64,000 nt of DNA from a virus (IMGVR_UViG_3300020352_000786:1-64000), one strand, 5' to 3'. Shown: positions 36,639 to 46,143, counted from the stretch's first letter. Program-made: numbers and translations. The notes: generated by a model from the letters alone, not told the origin.

Positions 36639-37752
36639 TCAAGATAAACTAAAAGTAGTTTGTGACGGATTATGTGATAATATTGAGGAATTGCTTGAAC
36701 GATTTGATATTGAATATTCTTGCAATGGTAAACTATTAAGTATGGCCTGCCCTATACACGGAGGAGATAACGCTACTGCCCTGAATATATATCCAGAGGG
36801 AGACACTTATAGAGGAAACTGGAAATGCAGAACACATGGATGTGAGGAAGTTTTTAAGGGTTCTGTCATAGGATTTATTAGAGGCATACTTTCTAGACAT
36901 AAACACAACTGGGAAAAATCAGGAGATAAAACGGTATCTTTTCAAGAAACTTTAAATTTTTGTTTGGCTTTTATAAATCAGGATCTTGACAAGATATCTA
37001 TTGATCATACACATAGAGATAAAAGTAAATTTGTAGCAGCAATAAAGAATACTAGCCATACTTCTGAAAAAGTAGAAAATGGAGTAGCCAGAAATGTTGT
37101 TAGGAAACATTTAGACCTAAAACATCCGTATTATATAGATAGAGGATTCTCAGCAGAGATTTTAGATAAATATGATGTTGGTTATTGTTCTTCTAAAGGT
37201 AAGGAAATGTCTAGTCGTATTGTAGTGCCAGTATATGATCATGATTATCATTATATGATAGGCTGTACAGGTAGAAGTATATTTGACGTTTGTAACAAAT
37301 GCAAACACTATCATGAGACAGATACTAAATGTCCTGATAAGAATGTTTTGTTTCTATATAGCAAATGGAGACACAGTAAAGGTCTGAAAACACAGAATTA
37401 TTTATATAATATATGGTTTGCTAAAAAATTTATTAAGACTACATATACTGCTGTAGTAGTAGAAAGTCCAGGTAATGTATGGAGACTTGAAGAAGCGGGC
37501 ATACATAATAGCGTTGCTATATTTGGTTCTTCTATGAGCGATAGACAAAAAATGATACTTGATGCTTCAGGAGCTATGAATATAATAACAATTATGGATA
37601 ATGATGAAGCTGGACAAAAAGCAGCAGATAAAATAAAGACAAAGTGTTGTAAGACTTATAATATTAAAAACATAAAAATAAAAGCATCAGATATCGCAGA
37701 CATGTCCATACAAGAAATTGATGAAGAAGTGAAACCTTTACTTAATATGTGA
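36574..37752 (+). CDS. dnaG: DnaG-type primase (exact start uncertain; GTG 36607 with GGAG is an alternative)
   Basis: Zn-binding CPIH..WKCRTHGC, RIVVPVYD, GCTGR, YLYN, Toprim VVVESPGN and MDNDEAG. Confidence 0.85.
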   Translation: MIRMALLLEKKVKNQKHSRLISQDKLKVVCDGLCDNIEELLERFDIEYSCNGKLLSMACPIHGGDNATALNIYPEGDTYRGNWKCRTHGCEEVFKGSVIGFIRGILSRHKHNWEKSGDKTVSFQETLNFCLAFINQDLDKISIDHTHRDKSKFVAAIKNTSHTSEKVENGVARNVVRKHLDLKHPYYIDRGFSAEILDKYDVGYCSSKGKEMSSRIVVPVYDHDYHYMIGCTGRSIFDVCNKCKHYHETDTKCPDKNVLFLYSKWRHSKGLKTQNYLYNIWFAKKFIKTTYTAVVVESPGNVWRLEEAGIHNSVAIFGSSMSDRQKMILDASGAMNIITIMDNDEAGQKAADKIKTKCCKTYNIKNIKIKASDIADMSIQEIDEEVKPLLNM

Positions 37753-37759
37753 GTTTATA

Positions 37760-38515
37760 ATGAGTACAATAATAGCGCTTTCAGGAAGAAAACAATCTGG
37801 TAAAACCACTATTGGTAATTTTTTTATTAGTTTGTTTCTCTCCAATATGGGAGTTTCGAAAGAAATAAAAATAGAAGATGATGGAGATATTACTCTTTCT
37901 GATATTTATGGTAATGATCTATACAAGAAAATAACACCTAGATATGAATTAGAAAAAGATTTTGTTGTATCAAATTTCTATAAAGAGCTAGATCAACACA
38001 TAAAAATATATAATTTTGCTGATATCTTGAAACAAAATGTCTGCATGGAAGTTCTTGGCTTATCCTACCAACAGTGTTATGGTACAGACGACAATAAAAA
38101 TGAACTTGTCGATTGTTTTTGGCCGTCTGCTACATCCTCTGACGAGACACAAATTGACAAGCAAATGACAGCTAGAGAAGTAATGCAGTATGTGGGTACT
38201 GATATTTTTAGAAAAATCAAAAAAACAGTATGGATAGACAGTACAATGTATAATATATCTAGAGATAAACCGAAGATGGCAATTATTACTGATTGCAGAT
38301 TCCCAGACGAGGTTGACGCCGTTAAAAACGCAGGAGGTTATGTAATTAGACTGACCAGAGATTTACATAATTCATCACATATTAGTGAAACTGCTTTGGA
38401 TAAAGATAACTATGATTGGAATAATTTTGATTATGTGTTAGATAATCAGAATTTAACGATATATGAACAATCTTTACAAATCCAGGAATGGTTAGAAACA
38501 TTACCAGCTACATAA
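37760..38515 (+). CDS. Deoxynucleoside monophosphate kinase (T4 gp1-like)
   Basis: ALSGRKQSGKTT, NFADILK, TAREVMQYVGTD, ITDCRFPDE, SHISE. Confidence 0.85.
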   Translation: MSTIIALSGRKQSGKTTIGNFFISLFLSNMGVSKEIKIEDDGDITLSDIYGNDLYKKITPRYELEKDFVVSNFYKELDQHIKIYNFADILKQNVCMEVLGLSYQQCYGTDDNKNELVDCFWPSATSSDETQIDKQMTAREVMQYVGTDIFRKIKKTVWIDSTMYNISRDKPKMAIITDCRFPDEVDAVKNAGGYVIRLTRDLHNSSHISETALDKDNYDWNNFDYVLDNQNLTIYEQSLQIQEWLETLPAT

Positions 38516-38516
38516 T

Positions 38517-39560
38517 ATGATTATAACTTACTTCCGTTCTTCCAGCTATAACACGCATAATATGTGCCCTCAGCAATATTATTTTGAATATGTTCTTGGG
38601 TGGAAAGGTAGTTCTGGACTAAAAGCTGACAAAGGAACTATTGTACATAAAGTGTTAGAAATCCTAGCCGTTATAAAACAAGGTTTACAAAATGATAAAA
38701 AAGAAATTATAGATGATATACTAGGAAATATTAGTACTACAAAATATGATTTAGAAGATATTATTAAAAGAGTTTATGATCATTACTCTTCACACAATAG
38801 TCATCATAACTGGAAGCCAAGAGATAGTAAAGATTGCAGAGATTGGGTATATAAAGCATTAGAATTTAATGACGGTATGTTTGATCCTAGAAAAAGAGAT
38901 ATTCTAGAACCAGAACAACATTTCGATTTTGAAATAGATAAAACTTGGGCAGATTATGATTATGAAACATCTGAAGGTAGGCTATCTGGGAAACTAGCCT
39001 TAAAAGGAACAATAGATTTAATTACATTAGTTAATGACGAAACTATAGAAATTATAGATTGGAAAACAGGTAAAAGAAGAGATTGGGCCACAGGAAAAGA
39101 GAAAACGCAAGAAAAACTTGAAGTAGATCCTCAATTAAGAATATATTACTACGCTATTAAAAATTTATATCCAAACATTAAATATATTATTTTTTCTATC
39201 TATTTTATAAATGATGGAGGACCTTTCTCTGTCTGTTTTGGCGATGAGGACATGGAAGCAACTGAACATTTATTAAGACAAAAATTTGAGCATATCAAGC
39301 ATACTCGCAAGCCAAATCTGAAAAAGAGTTGGATGTGTACCAAGTTGTGTCATTTTGGCAAAACCACCTTTGAGGGTACGCATATTGAACCAATGGAAGA
39401 ATATAGAGACAATCAAAGAACAACCCCAGGATATACTATGACGAAGTGTGAACAAGTTAAGCATGACTTAGACTTGTATGGTATAGACGTCGCTACTAAT
39501 ATATATAAACACCCTAACCATAAATTTGGAAAATATCAAGCTCCCGGATCAACAGAATGA
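38517..39560 (+). CDS. Cas4/AddB-like PD-(D/E)XK exonuclease
   Basis: CPQQY, GTIVHKVLE, KGTIDLI, IIDWKTG, QLRIY, C-terminal C-x3-C..C (likely Fe-S ligands). Confidence 0.8.
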   Translation: MIITYFRSSSYNTHNMCPQQYYFEYVLGWKGSSGLKADKGTIVHKVLEILAVIKQGLQNDKKEIIDDILGNISTTKYDLEDIIKRVYDHYSSHNSHHNWKPRDSKDCRDWVYKALEFNDGMFDPRKRDILEPEQHFDFEIDKTWADYDYETSEGRLSGKLALKGTIDLITLVNDETIEIIDWKTGKRRDWATGKEKTQEKLEVDPQLRIYYYAIKNLYPNIKYIIFSIYFINDGGPFSVCFGDEDMEATEHLLRQKFEHIKHTRKPNLKKSWMCTKLCHFGKTTFEGTHIEPMEEYRDNQRTTPGYTMTKCEQVKHDLDLYGIDVATNIYKHPNHKFGKYQAPGSTE

Positions 39561-41437
39561 ATCAGTATATACCTTTGCATGTGCATTCGCACTATTCTTT
39601 ATTGGACGGATTATCTAAGCCTGCACAGATAGCTGACAGGTGTTTAGAAATAGGCGTTAAATCTTGCGCCATCACAGATCATGGTACAATATCTGGATGT
39701 GTCCAGTTTTATGAAACCATGAAGAAAAAAAACATTAAGCCGATATTGGGTTGTGAGATATATGTTTGTTCTCAAGATTCTCAAATTAAAAAACCAGAAA
39801 ATGCCAAATTGAGTCATTTCCTTCTTCTGGCTAAAAACAAGGCAGGCTGGGATTCTCTTATAAAACTAGTTTCTTACACCAATATGGAGTCTAGATATTA
39901 TCATAAGCCGAGAGTTTCCTTGGATGACTTGCAACAATTTATAGACGGTAATACCATAGGTTTTTGTGGACATCTTGGTTCTACCTTAGCTAATCTTATA
40001 CAAAACAACAAAGATAATTCTGCAATTACAGAAGGTTGTGAATTTGTAGCTAGGATGCAAAGTATGTTTGGTAAAGACAATTTTTTCTTAGAAGCTCAAC
40101 TTATGGATAGAGAAAATAATCCAGAGCAACAAGAAATGACTGACATAGTTAGGAACATAGCAGAAAAGAGTAATTGTAAAATGCTGTGTACCCCAGACGC
40201 ACATTATTGTAGACAAGAGGATTCAATAGATCAGAGAATATTGCTATGTAACAATCTTAAAACGACATTGATTGATATAAATAAAAAATGTTTAAATAAT
40301 GAAAAGGTTCCAATGGGAGCTTTTTTTACTTCTGACAATTATCACATATTATCACAAGAAGAAATACAAGACCTGCATACTCCAGAAGAAATTGAGACTA
40401 CAAATCTTATTGATAGTATGTGCGAAGAGTATGATATTCTGAGTGCTCCAATATTACCTCCGTATGATTGTCCAAATAATGCTGATCCAGCTGAATATTT
40501 ACGAGAATTGTGTAGACAAGGATGGAAGAAGAAAATAGCTAATGATATTCCTAAAGAACAACATCAAACATATGTAGATAGAATTAAAAGAGAGCTTGAT
40601 GTTTTACAAGGAGCTGGACTGTCTAGTTATTTCTTAACTGTTGTTGATATAGTAGATTATGTCAGGAATAAAAATTGGCTACCCGGCCCCGGAAGAGGTT
40701 CTGCTGCAGGATGTTTGGTTTCATATCTAATTGGTATTACATCTATAGATCCGATTAAATATAATCTTATTTTTGAAAGATTTTATAATTCTGGTAGAAA
40801 TACTAAAGACAGGGTCTCTATGCCAGATATTGATGTGGACGTACCGATTAATAAAAGAGAAGATGTTATATCTTACATTAAAAATAAATATGGTAGTGAT
40901 AAAGTTTCTCAGATGATTACATACAATACTATGAAAGGAAGGGGAGCCTTAAAAGAAGTTTTAAGAGTTTATGGTAATATTAATTTCGAAGAGATGAATA
41001 GAATTACTAAAAATATCCCCGATGAAGCTAAAATAGCAGACGAATTGCAAGAAATGAAAGAAGTTACTGGAGAATCTTCTATTATTAGATGGGCATTAGA
41101 AAATAATGTTGACAGACTCAAAGAATGGTGTTATATTGATGAGAGTGGAGAATTGGCCGGTCCGTTATCTAAGAGGTTTGAGCAGGCTATGCGTTTGGAA
41201 GGAACAAAGTCTAATCAATCAAAGCATGCAGCTGGTGTAGTTATTAGTAGCAGTCCTTTGCGGGATATTTGTCCTATGGTTTTAGATACAAAAAACAAGC
41301 AACAAATAGCCGGAATGGAAATGCAAGACTTAGAAGCTCTTGGCATGATTAAGTTTGATATTTTAGGTATTGCTATGTTAGACAAAATCATGTCTATATC
41401 AGAACATTTATCCAAAGGAGACACCAATGATAAATAA
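39557..41437 (+). CDS. dnaE: DNA polymerase III alpha subunit, N-terminal part (PHP and palm)
   Basis: LHVHSHYSLLDG, TDHG, GCEIY, PDAHY, GPGRGSAAG, PDIDVD, SKHAAGVVI, KFDILG then stop. Confidence 0.92.
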   Translation: MNQYIPLHVHSHYSLLDGLSKPAQIADRCLEIGVKSCAITDHGTISGCVQFYETMKKKNIKPILGCEIYVCSQDSQIKKPENAKLSHFLLLAKNKAGWDSLIKLVSYTNMESRYYHKPRVSLDDLQQFIDGNTIGFCGHLGSTLANLIQNNKDNSAITEGCEFVARMQSMFGKDNFFLEAQLMDRENNPEQQEMTDIVRNIAEKSNCKMLCTPDAHYCRQEDSIDQRILLCNNLKTTLIDINKKCLNNEKVPMGAFFTSDNYHILSQEEIQDLHTPEEIETTNLIDSMCEEYDILSAPILPPYDCPNNADPAEYLRELCRQGWKKKIANDIPKEQHQTYVDRIKRELDVLQGAGLSSYFLTVVDIVDYVRNKNWLPGPGRGSAAGCLVSYLIGITSIDPIKYNLIFERFYNSGRNTKDRVSMPDIDVDVPINKREDVISYIKNKYGSDKVSQMITYNTMKGRGALKEVLRVYGNINFEEMNRITKNIPDEAKIADELQEMKEVTGESSIIRWALENNVDRLKEWCYIDESGELAGPLSKRFEQAMRLEGTKSNQSKHAAGVVISSSPLRDICPMVLDTKNKQQIAGMEMQDLEALGMIKFDILGIAMLDKIMSISEHLSKGDTNDK

Positions 41438-41609
41438 AAAATTTGCAGACTTATCAATAAACTCGAAATTTATACATAATAATATTGAGTATCAAAAATT
41501 GCAACCAATCAAAATATCTTGTTGTAAATCAGTTAATGCTTGCGTGGCATCTCAACCCGCCAATAAAGTATTTATAAACCCTAACCAGGAAGTTAAAGTA
41601 AATGGCTAA
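41427..41609 (+). CDS. Small Cys-containing protein between the DnaE halves
   Basis: 60 aa, overlaps both neighbours, AGGAG RBS at about 41415-41420, SCCKSVNAC. Confidence 0.6.
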   Translation: MINKKFADLSINSKFIHNNIEYQKLQPIKISCCKSVNACVASQPANKVFINPNQEVKVNG

Positions 41610-42300
41610 TTTTCATAAAATTTGTGTATTTGATTTAGAAACAGATGGTACAGACCCAAACAGTTGCAGTCCTGTTCAGATTGCGGCTGTTATGGTTGAT
41701 CCATTCAAATTGGAAATGATACCTGATTCTAAATTTAATATTAGTCTAAAACCAGAAAAATTAGAAGAGAATCAAGATTATGCTTACGAAGATAGTGATG
41801 TTCTAGATTTTCATGCGAAAGTTAAAGGAGTTACTAGTGCTCAGGTGTTAGATGAGTGGCAAAATTATCATTCTCAGAAACAGGGTTGGACTTCTTTCGT
41901 AAGTTATCTAGATATGTATCATCTAGGTAATAGAAAAAAGAAATCTCAATTCACAGCTCCAATTGCAGCTGGTTATAATATTTTTAGGTTTGATTTGAAA
42001 ATTATTGATAGACTAAGTAAAAAATATGGAAATACAAATGCAGAAAAGGGTAGCTGTTTGTTTTTCCCTAGAGATACTGTAGACTTAATTAATACGGTAT
42101 TTTGTTGGTTTGAAGGAAATGATGAATTGAAAAACTATACTTTAGACCATTTAAGAGACTATTTTGGTATGGTAAAAGAAGGCGCTCATGACGCACTGAA
42201 GGACGTAGAGGATACTGCAGAATTAGCTATTCGTTTTCTAAGACTACATAGAAAACTTTCGGCTAAAATTAGATTTAAGGACTCTTTTGTAGCAAACTAG
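41602..42300 (+). CDS. DEDDh 3'-5' exonuclease (DnaQ/epsilon-like)
   Basis: FDLETDG (ExoI), YNIFRFD (ExoII), GAHDALKD (ExoIII). Confidence 0.88.
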   Translation: MANFHKICVFDLETDGTDPNSCSPVQIAAVMVDPFKLEMIPDSKFNISLKPEKLEENQDYAYEDSDVLDFHAKVKGVTSAQVLDEWQNYHSQKQGWTSFVSYLDMYHLGNRKKKSQFTAPIAAGYNIFRFDLKIIDRLSKKYGNTNAEKGSCLFFPRDTVDLINTVFCWFEGNDELKNYTLDHLRDYFGMVKEGAHDALKDVEDTAELAIRFLRLHRKLSAKIRFKDSFVAN

Positions 42301-42307
42301 TGAATAA

Positions 42308-43924
42308 ATGAAAAATAAATATTTGACCTTTTCTTGTGGATGTAAGTTTCCATTAGGAGAAAACAATTCTGTAAAATTTGATACAGATGTGTCTTCTTTG
42401 AATATGGAATGTTCTAAAACATGGGACTTAATATCTGAAGGCAATACTAAAGGATGTTTTCAGTTAGAATCAAGACTTGGACAATCTATGTCCAAAAAAT
42501 TAAAGCCATCTAATATAGAACAATTATCTGGTTTGATTAGTATTTTAAGGCCAGGATGTCTAGAAGCATATAGAGACGGCAAAAGTGTGTCCAATCATTA
42601 TATAGACAAGAAAAATAATTTAGAAGGTATAGACTATTTCCATCCTAGCTTAGAAGATATACTACAGCCTACATATGGAGAAATGATATATCAAGAACAA
42701 GCTATGAGGATTACACAAAAAATAGCTGGATTTGACCTAAAAGAAGCAGATATGCTCAGAAAAGCTATTGGAAAGAAAAAGCCTGAAGAGATGGCAAAAG
42801 TTAAAAAAAGATTCATAACAGGATGTAAGAAACAGAATACCGTTTCTAAAGAAGAAGCAGAAGAAATATTTGGCTGGATTGAAAAAAGTCAAAGATATTC
42901 TTTTAATAAAAGTCATGCTATATCTTATGCAATGAACGCCTATTTATCCGCTTATGCTAAAGCTCACTTCCCTAAAATCTTTTTTGCTTCATATTTAAAA
43001 TTCGCTAAAGATAAGATAGACCCCCAACAAGAGATTAAAGAACTTATCAGAAATGCTAGTGAAATGGATGTTTCTGTGAGTACCCCAGACTTAAGAAACC
43101 TAAATAGGTTATTCGTGGTGGGTTCTGATGACTATATATTTTTTGGGCTAACCGATATTAAAGGGGTTGGAAATTCTGTATTCGACAAAATAATCCAAAT
43201 TACCGAGGATGGCTTTGACGCAAGTAAAACTTCTTGGTGTTATATACTCTTTAGATTGTTGTTAAAAATTAATTCTACCGCAGTTAAAGCTCTGATAAGT
43301 TGTGGGGCGTTAGATTATCTTAAAATAAATAGAACCAAAATGCTATTTGAGTATGATGTAGCTTCCTCTCTAACAAAAAAGGAAGCAGCTTTTTGTGAAA
43401 CACAAGCTATGGAAATAGACAAGTTGAAAAACTTATTAGAGAGTTTATTAGATGCTCCAAGAGTAAATAAAAATAGGAAGATTAAGATAAATGATGCTAT
43501 TAGTATGCTTAAAAATCCCCCGTACTCTCTACAAGATCGTATAGAATGGCTATCAGACAGCGAAAGTTCTTTGTTGGGTGCTGCTATATCTTGTTGTAAA
43601 TTAGATTCTTATGATATCAGTATGACAAATACAGATTGTAAGACATTTAAAAAGAGTCATAATAAAAAGAATATTATTATTGCTGGAGAAATAAGCGGAG
43701 TAAATGTAGTTAAGACTAAAAAGGGTAAAAATCCTGGTCAAGATATGGCTTTTGTAACCATAGAAGATAGTACTGGTATATTAGACTCCGTGATAATGTT
43801 TCCAGAAACTTGGTTTCAATACAAGCACCATATATTTGATAGTAACGTACTTGTTTTCGTAGGAAATAAAACTAAGCAGTCAGATGGCTTTATAGTCGAA
43901 AAATGTTTCGACGCACACACTTGA
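42308..43924 (+). CDS. dnaE: DNA polymerase III alpha subunit, C-terminal part (fingers, HhH, OB fold)
   Basis: TKGCFQLES, RPG, TYGEMIYQEQ, ADMLRKAIGKK, YSFNKSHA, FGLTDIKGVG, MAFVTIEDSTG. Confidence 0.92.
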   Translation: MKNKYLTFSCGCKFPLGENNSVKFDTDVSSLNMECSKTWDLISEGNTKGCFQLESRLGQSMSKKLKPSNIEQLSGLISILRPGCLEAYRDGKSVSNHYIDKKNNLEGIDYFHPSLEDILQPTYGEMIYQEQAMRITQKIAGFDLKEADMLRKAIGKKKPEEMAKVKKRFITGCKKQNTVSKEEAEEIFGWIEKSQRYSFNKSHAISYAMNAYLSAYAKAHFPKIFFASYLKFAKDKIDPQQEIKELIRNASEMDVSVSTPDLRNLNRLFVVGSDDYIFFGLTDIKGVGNSVFDKIIQITEDGFDASKTSWCYILFRLLLKINSTAVKALISCGALDYLKINRTKMLFEYDVASSLTKKEAAFCETQAMEIDKLKNLLESLLDAPRVNKNRKIKINDAISMLKNPPYSLQDRIEWLSDSESSLLGAAISCCKLDSYDISMTNTDCKTFKKSHNKKNIIIAGEISGVNVVKTKKGKNPGQDMAFVTIEDSTGILDSVIMFPETWFQYKHHIFDSNVLVFVGNKTKQSDGFIVEKCFDAHT

Positions 43925-43948
43925 CTTATGTTTCGCTTAGGCTATAAT
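43921..43948 (+). promoter_or_regulatory. Sigma-70-type promoter for ssb
   Basis: TTGACT-16 nt-TATAAT; the -35 box overlaps the dnaE-C stop codon; AGGAG RBS downstream. Confidence 0.7.
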
Positions 43949-43988
43949 ACACTATTGTTGTGTCACTTTTTAAATTTTTAGGAGTTAA

Positions 43989-44387
43989 TTGAAACTTATG
44001 AATATTACGATTTTAAGAGGAAACCTTGCTAGAGATCCAGAATACAGAACCGTCAATACTAACGGCAAACAAACAGGTGTGGTGAATTTCACCGTTGCTG
44101 TATCAAGAGAATATACAAAAGCAAATGGAGAGAGAGATAAAATTGCTTCGTTTATTAATTGCGAAGCTTGGGATACTGGTGCAGAAATTATTAGCAATTC
44201 TTTCAAGAAGGGTGACCTAGTTCTTGTGGAAGGTTCTCTCAGGAATGATAGTTGGGAGAAGGACGGAGTTAAGCATAGTACTCTTAAAGTTAGGGTGAAT
44301 AACTTCTCAAAGATTACAAAGCTTAGCCGACAACAGAAGAAAGAGAAAGTTTCTTCGGGACAAGAGACTGAACCTGTCAGCTTCTAA
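43989..44387 (+). CDS. ssb: Single-stranded DNA-binding protein
   Basis: ILRGNLARDPE, NFTVAVSR, FINCEAW, KGDLVLVEGSLRNDSWEKDG, C-terminal F; start TTG 43989 or ATG 43998. Confidence 0.92.
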   Translation: MKLMNITILRGNLARDPEYRTVNTNGKQTGVVNFTVAVSREYTKANGERDKIASFINCEAWDTGAEIISNSFKKGDLVLVEGSLRNDSWEKDGVKHSTLKVRVNNFSKITKLSRQQKKEKVSSGQETEPVSF

Positions 44388-44406
44388 GTAAAGAATGCTT
44401 TTCAAG

Positions 44407-44448
44407 TGGTGTCTGCATCATCATGTAGTGGTGCAGGCACCATATTTT
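44407..44448 (+). terminator. Putative intrinsic terminator after ssb
   Basis: TGGTGTCTGCA / TGCAGGCACCA 11-bp stem followed by TATTTT. Confidence 0.65.
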
Positions 44449-44469
44449 ATATAAGAAGTAATTGTACAT

Positions 44470-46143
44470 ATGGCAAAAAAACTAAAGATATTAATGGCAA
44501 CGGAGGCTAGTTTTCTTAGTACAGGCTTTGCTAACTATACTAGAGAGCTGCTAACAAGATTACACGCTACGAATAAATATGACATAGCAGAATTTGCTGC
44601 GTATGGACACGTTAATGACCCTAAAGATATAAGTATTCCTTGGAAATACTATCCTAACGCTGTTAGACCTAATGATAGTAGGCATAAAGAGTACATGTCT
44701 AGTGCAGATAATCAGTTTGGAAGATGGAGGTTTGATCCTGTTGTATTAGATTTTAAGCCTGATGTCGTTATTGATATTAGAGACTATTGGATGAGTAATT
44801 ACGAGCAATATTCTTCTTTTAGAGATTTTTTCCATTGGATATTGATGCCTACAGTTGATTCAGCACCTCAGCAGCAAACATGGTTAGACACTTATGAAGC
44901 AGCGGATGCCATATTTACATATTCAGATTTTGGAGCTAGAACACTAAAGCAACAAACTAATAATAGTATTAATTATATAGACACTGTTTCTCCGGGAATA
45001 GATTTAGAAGCATTTTTCCCAAATACAAACGAAGACAGACGTAAATTGAAGCAGAACATCGGGTTGCCCAAAGACGCCATAATTGTAGGATCAGTTATGC
45101 GTAATCAAAAAAGAAAACTGATACCAGAATTGGTCAAGTCGTTTAGAATTACGCTGGATCACTACAGAAAAACAAATCCAGAATTAGCCAAAAATCTATA
45201 TTTATATTTGCATACTAGTTTTCCTGATGCCGGATGGGATTTACCAGAAATACTGAAAGATGAACAAGTATTAAATAGAACTATTATAACATACAGCTGC
45301 CAACAATGCAATAACATATCACCCGCAAATTTTTGTGGACCGCGATCAAGATGTCCGTACTGCCACAATTCTACCAGACTCATACCTTCTGTAGCACAGG
45401 GAGTTAGTGTAGAAACATTACGCCAGATCTATTCGCTTATGGATATATATGTACAATATGCTATATGTGAAGGTTTTGGAATGCCTCAAGTGGAAGCAGC
45501 TGCGTGTGGGGTGCCTGTTGCTACTGTGAATTACAGCGCTATGGAAGATATTGTTGATAAGCTGGATGCATATTCTATAGACGTAGGTTCATATTTTAAA
45601 GAATTAGAAACAAAAGCCGTTAGAGTATATCCCAATAACGAAAGCTTGAAGAGTATTCTAATAAAATTCATTGATCAATCACACGAACAAAGAGAACAAC
45701 TTAGAGTTAAAACAAGAAGCTTAATAGAAAAACACTATAACTGGAAAGACATAGCAAAGAAATGGGAAAAATATTTAGATACTATTCCCAGTAAGCAATC
45801 TGAATGGAATAGGCCCGCTAAATTTCTTACTCCAATAGACCCATCCATACTTAATGAAAATCTAGAGAACGTAAATTATATGGCATTAATGACTAATATT
45901 TGTACTAGTAATCTTAAAAATATAAATTTAATATCTAGTAAAAGAATACTAAATATTTTACAGCACCTAGAATATGGATATGTACAACAGGGACCATCCG
46001 TTAGAAACTATTCTTTAAAAGAAGCCGTGCAAGAACTTAATATGTATATACAGAACATAAATAATGCAGAAAAAGCGAGAACTTCTAACTACAAATCAGA
46101 AGAAGATTATATCAAGTACTCAAAAATAAAGGCTTCTACATGA
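44470..46143 (+). CDS. GT4-like glycosyltransferase with inserted zinc ribbon
   Basis: TGFANYTRE, GSVMRNQKRK, CEGFGMPQVEAAACG; insertion CQQC..CPYC. Confidence 0.85.
   Translation: MAKKLKILMATEASFLSTGFANYTRELLTRLHATNKYDIAEFAAYGHVNDPKDISIPWKYYPNAVRPNDSRHKEYMSSADNQFGRWRFDPVVLDFKPDVVIDIRDYWMSNYEQYSSFRDFFHWILMPTVDSAPQQQTWLDTYEAADAIFTYSDFGARTLKQQTNNSINYIDTVSPGIDLEAFFPNTNEDRRKLKQNIGLPKDAIIVGSVMRNQKRKLIPELVKSFRITLDHYRKTNPELAKNLYLYLHTSFPDAGWDLPEILKDEQVLNRTIITYSCQQCNNISPANFCGPRSRCPYCHNSTRLIPSVAQGVSVETLRQIYSLMDIYVQYAICEGFGMPQVEAAACGVPVATVNYSAMEDIVDKLDAYSIDVGSYFKELETKAVRVYPNNESLKSILIKFIDQSHEQREQLRVKTRSLIEKHYNWKDIAKKWEKYLDTIPSKQSEWNRPAKFLTPIDPSILNENLENVNYMALMTNICTSNLKNINLISSKRILNILQHLEYGYVQQGPSVRNYSLKEAVQELNMYIQNINNAEKARTSNYKSEEDYIKYSKIKAST

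Noticed and set aside
38517-39560. CRISPR-Cas locus suggested by the Cas4-like gene
   Set aside because: No repeat-spacer array and no cas1/cas2 or effector genes in the window; intergenic gaps are too short to hold an array
39557-43924. Split intein in DnaE
   Set aside because: No intein N-block after the N-part and no HN-C/S/T junction in the C-part; YSFNKSH is uninterrupted and the break point differs from the cyanobacterial one
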